A stretch of 64,000 nt of DNA from the NCBI GenBank assembly GCA_964468635.1, contig CAYXVR010000013.1:40389-104388 (forward strand), written 5' to 3'. The notes under the pieces were generated by a model, which worked only from the letters and a program-made list of their open reading frames with translations, was not told the origin of the DNA and did no database searches. Positions 1-8,273 of this stretch are shown here, piece after piece. Source of the DNA: an uncultured Nannocystaceae bacterium. GTDB lineage: Bacteria > Myxococcota_A > Polyangia > Nannocystales > Nannocystaceae. The position numbers and the translations under genes are program-made. Every line of letters begins with the position of its first letter. The stretch's first letter is position 1.

Positions 1-371
1 ATGCGCCACGGATCGGGCCACGGCGAGCCGTCGGCGCCGTCGAAGTCCTCCTCGTAGATCGTGTCGCCGGGCGTCGCGGTGTCGCCGTTGTCGTCACCGC
101 TGCTGTCGGGATCGGTGGGGTCGTCGTCGCTCGCATCCGGATCCGTGGCCTCGGCATCCGTCGCGTCGTCGTCGTCGTCGTCCGCGGATGGGTCGGTCGG
201 GCTCGAGCTGGGATTGCCGTCGTCGTCGTCGTCGTCGTCGTCCGCCGACGTGTCGCCGGTGCCGGAGCTCGCGCCCTCGTCGGAGGCATCGCCGTCCTTG
301 TCCTTGCACGCGGGCGCCAGTGCGAGCGCGAGTGCGACGGGGAAGAGACGAAGGTGGATAGGTGAAGTCAT
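1..371 (-). CDS. Secreted acidic lipoprotein. Partial: the C-terminus lies beyond the window start.
   Basis: Reverse-strand reading from the ATG (rc 'cat' at 369-371) gives MTSPIHLRLFPVALALALAPACKDKDG... with a lipobox LAPAC, followed by long Asp/Ser-rich low-complexity sequence. A GGAGGA Shine-Dalgarno-like motif sits about 6 nt upstream of the ATG. There is no stop codon before position 1. Confidence 0.5.
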   Translation of the reverse strand, partial: MTSPIHLRLFPVALALALAPACKDKDGDASDEGASSGTGDTSADDDDDDDDGNPSSSPTDPSADDDDDDATDAEATDPDASDDDPTDPDSSGDDNGDTATPGDTIYEEDFDGADGSPWPDPWR

Positions 372-390
372 GCTGATCCTCCTCGGGGGC

Positions 391-1998
391 TCAGCCCCCG
401 CTGGCGGCGATGGGATGTCCGGTCATCTGGATGTCGAGAACGAACAGCGAGCCGGGCACGCCGACGGCGTAGATGGCCTGGTCGTACACGAAGCCGTCGC
501 CGTACGCGAACTGCACGTTGGCGACCGCGCCGTTGATGTCGCCGGGGCCCGCCAGCTCCTCGATCTCGACGAAGTCGCCGCTGCTGTCGAGGAAGACGCG
601 GTCGATGCGACTCACGTTCATCAGGCCGCCGCCCTCGTCGACGGCGTAGATGTTGCCGCAGACGTCGAGCGCGAGGCCGTCGGAGTGGCCCTCGAGATCG
701 GTGACCAGCACGGCCGCGCCGGGCGTGCCGTCGTCCGCGATCGGGGCGCTCCACAGCTCGCTGTCGTCGTACTTCGTCCAGAACACGATCTGGCGCAGGT
801 CGTCGTAGACGATGCCGTTGGCACCCGATGCCGTCGCCGCGCCCATCGTGATGATCGTGTCGTCGTCGCCGTCGGGGTCGATGCGACGCACGCGTTGACC
901 GGCGTACTCGGTGACCCACACGTTGCCGTCGGCGTCGGGGTAGATCCCGTTCGGGCCCTCGAGCATGTCGAAGAACGGATCGACCGAGCCGTCGGGATGG
1001 ATCAGCAAGAGCTCGCCCGAGTCGTACTGCGCGGCGACGAGGTCGCCGTCGGCCCGGAAGCGCAGGCCGAGCGTCGTGCCGCCGAGCGGGGCGTCGAGCT
1101 CGTACGGCATCGTGACGGCGCCGTCGTGGATCTCCGTGAGGATGTCGGCGTCGCGCACGACGAAGAAGTCCGCGCCGTTCATCGCGAGGTCTTCGCTGCC
1201 CGTGTTCGTGATGATCGGACCGTCGTAGATCTCCGCGTACGGTCCGCGGAAGATGTCGTCGCACTCCGGCGGGTACACCGTGCCGGTGTCCTCGCTCGCG
1301 TCGTCGCTCGAGCTCTCCTCGGACGGACCGTCGTCCGTCGTCTCGTTCGGGCCCGTCGTGATCGGCTCGGTGGTGCTGCCGTCGGTGCTGCCCGGCGTGC
1401 CGGTCGTCGTGTCGCCGCCCGTCGTGTCGGACTCCGCACCCTCGGCGGTCATCGTCGCATCGTCCGCCGTGGGATCGTCGCCCGCGTCGCTCGTGCCTGC
1501 GCTGCCCTCGTCGTCGAGCAGCGCGTAGAACAGTGCGAGCTCGTCGTCGCTCGACTTCACGAGCTGGTGCTCGGTGTCGACGTCGAGCTGCGGCAACGGG
1601 ATCCAGTTGCCCATGCCCGCTTCGTAGTCGGCGCGCTCGACCTTGCCGACGGTGACGTTCGACGAGTCCGCCGGCAACGGATGGCTGTACGTGATCGTCG
1701 ACGGCACGCCGAGCGGCACGTTGGGGCCGATCCGATACGCGGGCCCGAGCACGTCGGGCGGCTCGTCGTCGCGACGCACGCAGATCTCGGTGTCCTCCTC
1801 GAGCGCGCCGGGACGCAGCGCGATCGTGAGGATGTCGTCGTCGGACTGCACCAGCCCGCCATCGGTGCCGATGGTCATGCACACACGCTCTGAACCGCCG
1901 CCGCCGTCCCCGCAAGCGCCCGCCCCCACGGCGAGCCACGTGAGCAGAGCAACGCGACCGCAGCACCCACGATCGACCCACCGCACCTCGGTCCTCAT
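391..1998 (-). CDS. SMP-30/gluconolactonase/LRE-like (SGL/NHL-type) beta-propeller lipoprotein with an N-terminal domain paralogous to the product of 2159-3097.
   Basis: The reading frame is that of ORF 391..2094(-). I take the internal Met MRTEVRWVDRGCCGRVALLTWLAVGAGACGDGG as the start because it provides a signal peptide plus lipobox. The C-terminal half shows repeated propeller-blade-like segments (PNGIYPDADGNVWVTEYAG, ANGIVYDD, SDGLALDVCGNIYAVDEGG, INGAVANVQFAYGDGFVYDQ). An acidic Thr/Asp/Gly-rich linker sits in the middle. Confidence 0.6.
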   Translation of the reverse strand: MRTEVRWVDRGCCGRVALLTWLAVGAGACGDGGGGSERVCMTIGTDGGLVQSDDDILTIALRPGALEEDTEICVRRDDEPPDVLGPAYRIGPNVPLGVPSTITYSHPLPADSSNVTVGKVERADYEAGMGNWIPLPQLDVDTEHQLVKSSDDELALFYALLDDEGSAGTSDAGDDPTADDATMTAEGAESDTTGGDTTTGTPGSTDGSTTEPITTGPNETTDDGPSEESSSDDASEDTGTVYPPECDDIFRGPYAEIYDGPIITNTGSEDLAMNGADFFVVRDADILTEIHDGAVTMPYELDAPLGGTTLGLRFRADGDLVAAQYDSGELLLIHPDGSVDPFFDMLEGPNGIYPDADGNVWVTEYAGQRVRRIDPDGDDDTIITMGAATASGANGIVYDDLRQIVFWTKYDDSELWSAPIADDGTPGAAVLVTDLEGHSDGLALDVCGNIYAVDEGGGLMNVSRIDRVFLDSSGDFVEIEELAGPGDINGAVANVQFAYGDGFVYDQAIYAVGVPGSLFVLDIQMTGHPIAASGG

Positions 1999-2158
1999 CG
2001 CTTCGGACGGTAGCACGCCGCACCCATCGCGAGGCAACGCGCGCGGTCGCGCACGCCCGATTGCGAGGCCGCTGACGAGTGCTAGGGGGCCCAATCGGGC
2101 GGGCGTCCCGGGCGCGCGGGACTCTCGTGCGCCCCCGGCCCCGTGCTAACGTTCGCGC

Positions 2159-3097
2159 GTGATCGCGAGGTCGTCGTCGAGTGCTCCGCGCCTGGTTTGC
2201 ATGCTCGCGTTCGCGCTCGTCGGGTGTGCGGACGATGCCGAGCCGCCTCACCTCGTGAGCAAGTCAATCGGCACGGGCGGCGGCGTCGTGAGCTCCCACG
2301 ACGGCGTGCTCACCATCGTCTTCCAGCCCGGATCGTTGGCCGAGACGACGACCATCGAGATCTTCCCGAGCGACGAGCCTCCCCGCGTGTTCGGCCCCGC
2401 CTATCGCGTGCGGCCCAACCTCCCGCTCGAGATCGACGCCGAGGTCACGTACAGCCGCGTGCTGCCGTCGGATCCCGACGACACGGCCATCTCCGTGATC
2501 CGGCTCGAGGACTACGAGAACGAGAACGGCTGGTGGCGGCCGCTGCCGCGCATCCAGCTCGACGAGGTCAACAACTCGGTGCTCGCGCTCGACAGCGAGC
2601 TCTCGCTCTACTACGCGCTGCTCGAGGACGCGAACGGCCCCGGCGACGACGACGGCGAGGACGACGTCGCCGACGACGTCGCGGACGACGGCGTCGAGAC
2701 CACGGACGACGACGGCCCCGGCACCGAGGACGACGGACCCGCCACGGACGACTCCACCGGCGAGCCGCTCCTGTCGCACGCCGCCGACATCCAGCCGCTG
2801 TGGAACGGCAAGTGCCTCGGTCCCGGCTGCCACGAGCAGCCCGCACCGGGCGGCGGCCTCGTGCTCGCCGAAGACGCGTACGCGCATCTCGTCGGCATCT
2901 TCGCGACCGGCGCGAACCGTCCGCTCGTGGACCCGGGCAATCCCGACAACAGCTACGTGCTGAACAAGATCGACGCCAGCTTCGACGATCCGGAAGTGAA
3001 CGGCAGCGGCAGCCGCATGCCGCTCGCGATGGACATGCTGTCCGAAGAAGAGATCGCGCTCGTCACCGCGTGGATCGAGCAGGGCGCGGCGCCCTGA
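2159..3097 (+). CDS. Lipoprotein with a C-terminal planctomycete-cytochrome-C-like (PSCyt1) domain.
   Basis: The product starts MIARSSSSAPRLVCMLAFALVGCADD, a signal peptide plus lipobox. The C-terminal segment IQPLWNGKCLGPGCHEQPAPGGGLVLAEDAYAHLVG...NPDNSYVLNKI...MPLAMDMLSEEEIALVTAWIEQGA matches the PSCyt1 consensus pattern. The N-terminal 120 aa align residue by residue with the N-terminal domain of the 391-1998 product. Confidence 0.55.
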   Translation: MIARSSSSAPRLVCMLAFALVGCADDAEPPHLVSKSIGTGGGVVSSHDGVLTIVFQPGSLAETTTIEIFPSDEPPRVFGPAYRVRPNLPLEIDAEVTYSRVLPSDPDDTAISVIRLEDYENENGWWRPLPRIQLDEVNNSVLALDSELSLYYALLEDANGPGDDDGEDDVADDVADDGVETTDDDGPGTEDDGPATDDSTGEPLLSHAADIQPLWNGKCLGPGCHEQPAPGGGLVLAEDAYAHLVGIFATGANRPLVDPGNPDNSYVLNKIDASFDDPEVNGSGSRMPLAMDMLSEEEIALVTAWIEQGAAP

Positions 3098-6000
3098 TCA
3101 CTTCCGCGCGGCGGCGGTGATCCGCACCGTCTCGCCGCGTGCGAGCGTGAGCTCGACCTGATCGCCCTCGGCGACCGTCAGCAGCGTCTTGCCCAGGTAG
3201 CAGCGGTAGCGCGTCACGTCGTGGCCGCCGATGGCGACGATCTCGTCGCCCTTGCGGAGGCCGACGGCGACCGCGGCGTCGCGGATCTCGCCGACGCGCG
3301 GCGTCTCGTTGCAGGCCAACGGGTACTGCGCGAGGTCGAAGCCGAGATCGCCGGTGGTCGACGCGAACGGGGCGAACTTCGAGCGCGGGATCGCGATCTC
3401 GATCGGCTCGTCCGTCTGCGACTCGGGCACGAGCAGCGCCTCCATCACGGCATCGGGCGACTCGCTCTGGAAGCCGGCCGACATCACGTGGAGCAGGACC
3501 GTCGTGTGCGGCGCATCGGGCACGACGAAGTTGCCGTCCGCATCGCTCAGCTGACCGGGCGCGCGCGACTGCATCGCGCGCTCGGCCGCCATCGCGACGC
3601 GGGCCGACGTCGCGTCGTCCTCGGTGACGGTGGCCCACAGATCGGCGCGCGGCGAGCCGTCCTCGAGATCGACGAAGCGGCCACGGATCGTCCGATTGGG
3701 GAGGAGCTCGAGGTCGACGTTGGTCGTTTCACCCTCGCGGGCGATGGCCGGCGCGCGGCCGCGGCCCTCGCGGGCGATCGCCCGCACTTGATACGCGCCC
3801 GCGTCGAGATCGGCGATCTCGAACGCGCCGCTGCCCATCACGAACGACTCGCGGTGGGCGAGGCGGTTGTCGGCGTACAGCTCGATCCACAGCGCGGTGG
3901 GGCCGGTCGCGGCGCGCACGTGACCGGAGATCGTCGCGGTGGCGGCGAGCTGCAGGCGCGTGTGGTCGCCGACCTTCACGCCGGCCTGCGAGGCCGAGCC
4001 ACCGCCGCGACGCTGCGCGACCACGGTGTACGTGGAGTCCTCCGACACACCGGTGAGCTCGAACTCGCCGTCGGCGTCCGTCAGCGTCGTGCCGCGACCG
4101 CCCGCCGTCGCGCCGCGCAGCTTCGCGCGGCGAGCAGCCTCGGTGGACGTCGGGTCGCTCGCGAGCGCCGACACGAGGGCGTCCCGCAGCGGCGAGCCCT
4201 CCTCGTCGACGACGACGCCGCGGATCGACTTCGCCGCGGGCAGCACGAGCACGACCTCGGCGGGCTCGCGTCCGGCTGCGAGGGTCACGGCCTGCTCGGG
4301 ACTGTGATTGCCGAGCTCGTCCTTCGCCACGATCCGGTACTTGCCGAGCGCGAACGCGTCGAACGTGAACGAGCCGTCGTCGCTCGAGGTGGTCGTCTCC
4401 TGGAACCACCCGCTCGGTTTCCGTGCGCGCACCTCGATGCCGCCGGCCGGCTCGCCCCCGCGCATGACCTTGCCGGTGACGCGCAGGGTGGCCTCGCAGG
4501 TGAGATCGAGCTCGACGTCGCGATCGACGATGGTCGCGCTCGCCACGATCTCGGGCGCGTGCGTGAAGCTGTTGACGGAGTACTGGCCGGGCGACAGGCC
4601 CGCGATCGCGTACGATCCGTCCGCGGCGATCTTCGACCAGCGGTACGAGCCGTCGGGGCCGCTGCTGCGCGTGTAGGCGACGACGTGGCCCGCGAGCGGC
4701 TTGCCCTCGGGGTCGAGCACGTGGCCGCGGATGGACTTGCCGCGCTGGACTCTCCACGTCACCTCGTTCGGCGCGGAGCCACCGACCGTGACGGATTGCG
4801 GGGCCCCGGCGCTGTCGTGCTCGTCGCACGCGACGACGACGGCGTGCTCGCCCGGGGTGAGTGCCTGGAACGCAGCGACGCCGTCGGGCGCGATCGCGGC
4901 GGTGCGCACGACCTCGCCGCTGCGATCCCACAGCATCACCGAGCCCGACGGGCACGGCGTGTCCTCCGGCGCGACGAGGATGTTCGCGCGGAAATCCGAG
5001 GCGGCGACCATCTCGACGACGACGTCGTCCACCGAGTCGCCGAGATCGAGCACGTGACTGCGCGCGGACTCGCCGTGCAAGCCGTCGGCGAAGGCGGCCG
5101 GGCGATAGCGGCCGGCGACGAGCCCTCGCACGGTGAAGCGGCCGTCCTCGTCGGTGAACGCGACCGTGTCCTCGTGGAATGCGGTCTCGGTCCACGCGCG
5201 CAACACCACGCGCGCGCCCGGGACGGGGACTTTCGTGTCGCGCGCGACGACGATGCCGGACAGCGTGGACTCGGGCAGCAGCGCGATCGTGACGGTGGGG
5301 CCGGGCACGACTGCGATCACGTCGGCGTCGCCGTAGCCCTCGGCGCGCACGCCGAGGTCCAGCTTGCCGCGCTCGACCCAAGCGTGGAACGTGCCGTCGC
5401 CCGCCGTGGTGGCGTGGACCGGGACGCCGGCGCCCCAGCTCGGCTGCCCGAGGTGGCCGCCCACGTCGTATTGACGCACGGTGACGCGCGCGCCGTCGAC
5501 CGGGCCGCCGAAGACGTCGCTCACGAGGCCGCGCAGCTCGACGCCACCCTGCGTCAGCACCACGTCGATGCCGCGGCGCTCTTCACCGGCATGCAGCGCG
5601 ACCGAGCTCGTGCCGTGGGCGGTGGCGACGGTGGTCTCGCCGGGGGCGTAGCCCTTCGCGCTCGCGGTGACGCGGTAGCGCGACGGTGGGATCCCGGCGA
5701 TGCGGTACGTGCCGTTCGCTGCGCTCTTCGAGCAGATCGGTGTGGTGCCGCCGTGCTCGGCGATCTCGGGCCACACGCAGACGTCGGCGTCGGGGATCGG
5801 TGTCTCGGTGGCCGTGTGGACGCGCCCCGAGATCGTCGCCGCGCGAGCGTGGGGGCCGAACGCGTCCTCGCCGTCGTCGCTCGAGTCGCGTCGATCGCTG
5901 CGGGCACGCGGGTCGCTCGTCGGCGTCGCGACCTGCTCCGCCGCGCCGACGGTCTTCGCGTCGTCGCGCGCCAGCCACCATGCGACGCCGCCGAGCAGGA

Positions 6001-6649
6001 CGATGGCGGCGACGATGCCGAGGAGCACGCGCATGCTGACGAATGCCGCCGCGATCGCGGTGCCGCTCGTCTCGCTGCTCGGCCAGAAGAGCGCGGCCCA
6101 CCACGGGCGTCGGCCGTAGCGATGGCGCTCGAGCTCGGCCTGCATCTTGAGTCGCGCTCTCGCGACGCGCGTGTATGCGGTGGCGGGCGCGATCTGCCAC
6201 TGCTCGGCGATCTCGGCTCCGCTGAGCCCTTCGAGCTCGGCGAGCACGAACGCGGCGGCTTGCTCGGGGGGCAGCGAGTGCAGGAGGCGATCGAGCACGG
6301 CCTTCGCTTCGGAGCGCGCGGCGTACGACTCGGGATCCGGAAGGTCGCTCGCGACCTCGTCGTCGCGGAGCTCGGGGTGGTCGTGGTGGCGCCGTCGATG
6401 CGCGGCGGCCACGCGCCACGCGATGCCGACGAGCCACGCGCGCAGCGGTCCACGCTGGTGGTCGTAGGACGCGAGCTTGCGGAACGCGATGACGAAGACG
6501 TCGTGCAGCGCGTCCTCGAGCGCCGCATCACGGACCCCGAACCCGCGCAGCTGCTGCCGCACGAGGGCCCGCTGCGCGCGATAGATCCGCGCGAGCTCGA
6601 GCGTGCGCTCGGCATGTTCGCGGGAGGACGGCGGAGGGGCGGGGGTCAT
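3098..6649 (-). CDS. ECF (sigma-70 family) sigma factor fused in one frame to a TM helix, CarboxypepD_reg-like beta-sandwich repeats and a C-terminal PDZ domain.
   Basis: The N-terminal 180 aa carry sigma region 2 (DVFVIAFRKLASYD...AWLVGIAWRVAAAHRRR) and region 4 (LPPEQAAAFVLAELEGLSGAEIAEQWQIAPATAYTRVARARLKMQ). A TM segment follows (VLLGIVAAIVLLGGVAWWLA). After it come many repeats of about 90 aa, Gly/Val-rich, of the 'GxVxDxxGxPLxGAxV...' type. The protein ends with a PDZ-like segment, GDEIVAIGGHDVTRYRCYLGKTLLTVAEGDQVELTLARGETVRI. It is a single 1,183-codon ORF with no internal stop. Confidence 0.65.
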   Translation of the reverse strand: MTPAPPPSSREHAERTLELARIYRAQRALVRQQLRGFGVRDAALEDALHDVFVIAFRKLASYDHQRGPLRAWLVGIAWRVAAAHRRRHHDHPELRDDEVASDLPDPESYAARSEAKAVLDRLLHSLPPEQAAAFVLAELEGLSGAEIAEQWQIAPATAYTRVARARLKMQAELERHRYGRRPWWAALFWPSSETSGTAIAAAFVSMRVLLGIVAAIVLLGGVAWWLARDDAKTVGAAEQVATPTSDPRARSDRRDSSDDGEDAFGPHARAATISGRVHTATETPIPDADVCVWPEIAEHGGTTPICSKSAANGTYRIAGIPPSRYRVTASAKGYAPGETTVATAHGTSSVALHAGEERRGIDVVLTQGGVELRGLVSDVFGGPVDGARVTVRQYDVGGHLGQPSWGAGVPVHATTAGDGTFHAWVERGKLDLGVRAEGYGDADVIAVVPGPTVTIALLPESTLSGIVVARDTKVPVPGARVVLRAWTETAFHEDTVAFTDEDGRFTVRGLVAGRYRPAAFADGLHGESARSHVLDLGDSVDDVVVEMVAASDFRANILVAPEDTPCPSGSVMLWDRSGEVVRTAAIAPDGVAAFQALTPGEHAVVVACDEHDSAGAPQSVTVGGSAPNEVTWRVQRGKSIRGHVLDPEGKPLAGHVVAYTRSSGPDGSYRWSKIAADGSYAIAGLSPGQYSVNSFTHAPEIVASATIVDRDVELDLTCEATLRVTGKVMRGGEPAGGIEVRARKPSGWFQETTTSSDDGSFTFDAFALGKYRIVAKDELGNHSPEQAVTLAAGREPAEVVLVLPAAKSIRGVVVDEEGSPLRDALVSALASDPTSTEAARRAKLRGATAGGRGTTLTDADGEFELTGVSEDSTYTVVAQRRGGGSASQAGVKVGDHTRLQLAATATISGHVRAATGPTALWIELYADNRLAHRESFVMGSGAFEIADLDAGAYQVRAIAREGRGRAPAIAREGETTNVDLELLPNRTIRGRFVDLEDGSPRADLWATVTEDDATSARVAMAAERAMQSRAPGQLSDADGNFVVPDAPHTTVLLHVMSAGFQSESPDAVMEALLVPESQTDEPIEIAIPRSKFAPFASTTGDLGFDLAQYPLACNETPRVGEIRDAAVAVGLRKGDEIVAIGGHDVTRYRCYLGKTLLTVAEGDQVELTLARGETVRITAAARK

Positions 6650-6773
6650 GAAGGGGTGTTGCGACGACGGGCCGGAATCTTCCCCGGTTCGCGCGGGGCG
6701 GAGTGCGCGCGCCGGGAAGGCCCCGGAAGGGGGTGGGACAGCCGGGCGGCCGCCGTGTTCCCCGGCGTCGCCC

Positions 6774-8258
6774 TCACGGATCCGACAGCAGCACCGTGAT
6801 GTCGCCTCCCACCGCGTTGGCGGTGACGACGTCGGGGATCGTGTCGCCGTCGAGGTCGGCGGACTTCACTGCGCTCGCGCCCATGCCCGCTGCGAAGACC
6901 ACGGGGACGTCGAAGCTGTCGCCGTCGAACGGGACGATCGCCACCGAGTCGGCGCCGCGGTGAGAGACCACCGCGTCCTGTACGTCGTCGCCGTCGATGT
7001 CGATCGCGAACACGTCCGACGGTTCCGTCTCCACGCCCGCCGCGACCTGCTGCAGTGCCGCCGCGCCGTTGCCCAAGAGGAAGAACACGCGGTCGCCCGT
7101 GTCGTCCACCAGCGCCACGTCCCACTGCAGGCCCGCGTCGAAGCGCGTCGCCATGCCGCGCGTCGCGTTCGCGCCCGCCATCACGCCCGACACCTGGCAC
7201 GCGCCGCTGAACGCCCCCGTGCCGTCGCCCTGATCGCCGCACCACGCGGTGCCACCGAACACGAACGCGTCCACATCGTCGTTCGACACGCTGTCGTCCG
7301 ACTGCACCACAATCGTGTTCGGTGTGCCCACCGACGTGTCGAACGGGCCCACGTACGCGAACGTGCCGTCGCCGTTTGACACCAGCGTCGCGTACGTCAG
7401 GTCGCCCTGCTCGAGCACCACGATGTCGTCGAGGTCGTCGTTGAGCGCATCCACCGACACCACCGCGAGGTCGACGGGCGCATCGCCCACCGTCTCGAAG
7501 GTCGCCGCCGCGAAGTCGCCCGCGCCGTCCGACAGCAGGATCGCGATGTCGTCGCTCGCGCTGTCCACTACCGCGAGGTCATCGACGCCGTCGCCGTCGA
7601 AGCGCCCCACCGCGAGTGCGACCGGCTGCGTACCGACGATGTACGTGAGCTCGCCCGCGAACGTGCCGTCACCGTTGCCGAAGCGCACGCTCACCGTGTT
7701 GTCGTCCTCGTTCGACACGGCCACGTCCAGCGCGCCGTCGTCGTCGAAGTCGCCGAGCACGAGGTCCGACGGCGCGAGCCCCATCGCGTACGGCACGGGC
7801 GCCTGCAGGCACACCTCGCCGAGGTCCGGATCGCCGTCGCCACACGTGTCGATCGGCCCGGTCTCCGTCGTCGGATCGTCGGTGGTCTCCGTCGTCGGAT
7901 CGGTCGTGATCGTGGGATCCGTCGTGGTCGACTCCTCGTTCGTCGGATCGATCGTCGTCGAGTCCTCCAGCGTCGGGTCCTCGCCGCGCGTCGTCGACTC
8001 GTCCACCGTGATCGGATTCGTCGTGTCCGACTCGCTTCCCGTCGTCGTCGAGTCGGCGTCGTCGCCCGTGCTCGAGTCCTCCGGCGACGTCGCGCTCACG
8101 GTCGCGCTCACCGTCGCCGACGGATCGTCGTCGGCCGACGCATCGGTGCCACCAGGACCGGTGGTGAACGCGCCGTCGGGCAGCTCGTCCCCCGCGGTCT
8201 CGCCTCCACAGGCGGCGAGCGAGAGCACCGCGATCCTCGCGAACGTCCGATAGGTCAT
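6774..8258 (-). CDS. FG-GAP/VCBS-repeat lipoprotein with an integrin-alpha-like beta-propeller.
   Basis: The product starts MTYRTFARIAVLSLAACGG, a signal peptide plus lipobox. A Thr/Asp-rich linker follows. The rest contains repeated FGxGDGTF / DxDGDGxxD(L/V)AV motifs (VRFGNGDGTFAG, GRFDGDGVDDLAVV, DIDGDDVQDAVV, DLDGDTIPDVV). Confidence 0.6.
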   Translation of the reverse strand: MTYRTFARIAVLSLAACGGETAGDELPDGAFTTGPGGTDASADDDPSATVSATVSATSPEDSSTGDDADSTTTGSESDTTNPITVDESTTRGEDPTLEDSTTIDPTNEESTTTDPTITTDPTTETTDDPTTETGPIDTCGDGDPDLGEVCLQAPVPYAMGLAPSDLVLGDFDDDGALDVAVSNEDDNTVSVRFGNGDGTFAGELTYIVGTQPVALAVGRFDGDGVDDLAVVDSASDDIAILLSDGAGDFAAATFETVGDAPVDLAVVSVDALNDDLDDIVVLEQGDLTYATLVSNGDGTFAYVGPFDTSVGTPNTIVVQSDDSVSNDDVDAFVFGGTAWCGDQGDGTGAFSGACQVSGVMAGANATRGMATRFDAGLQWDVALVDDTGDRVFFLLGNGAAALQQVAAGVETEPSDVFAIDIDGDDVQDAVVSHRGADSVAIVPFDGDSFDVPVVFAAGMGASAVKSADLDGDTIPDVVTANAVGGDITVLLSDP

Positions 8259-8273
8259 GGACGAGAGGATAGC

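Noticed and set aside
61-1893. Long plus-strand ORFs such as 61..1893 (610 aa) and 368..2251 (627 aa, minus, other frame), and many others (3221..6799, 3729..5381, 7669..10491, 8769..10637, 13383..14570, 14567..16783, 19691..22273, 27644..30172, 30227..34951, 40004..42838, 43021..45831, 44567..46801, 60064..61968).
   Set aside because: They have extreme Arg/Ala/Gly/Pro composition. They lie antisense to or out of frame with ORFs that have clear domain motifs. They are the expected stop-codon-poor artefacts of roughly 70% G+C DNA, so I do not call them genes.
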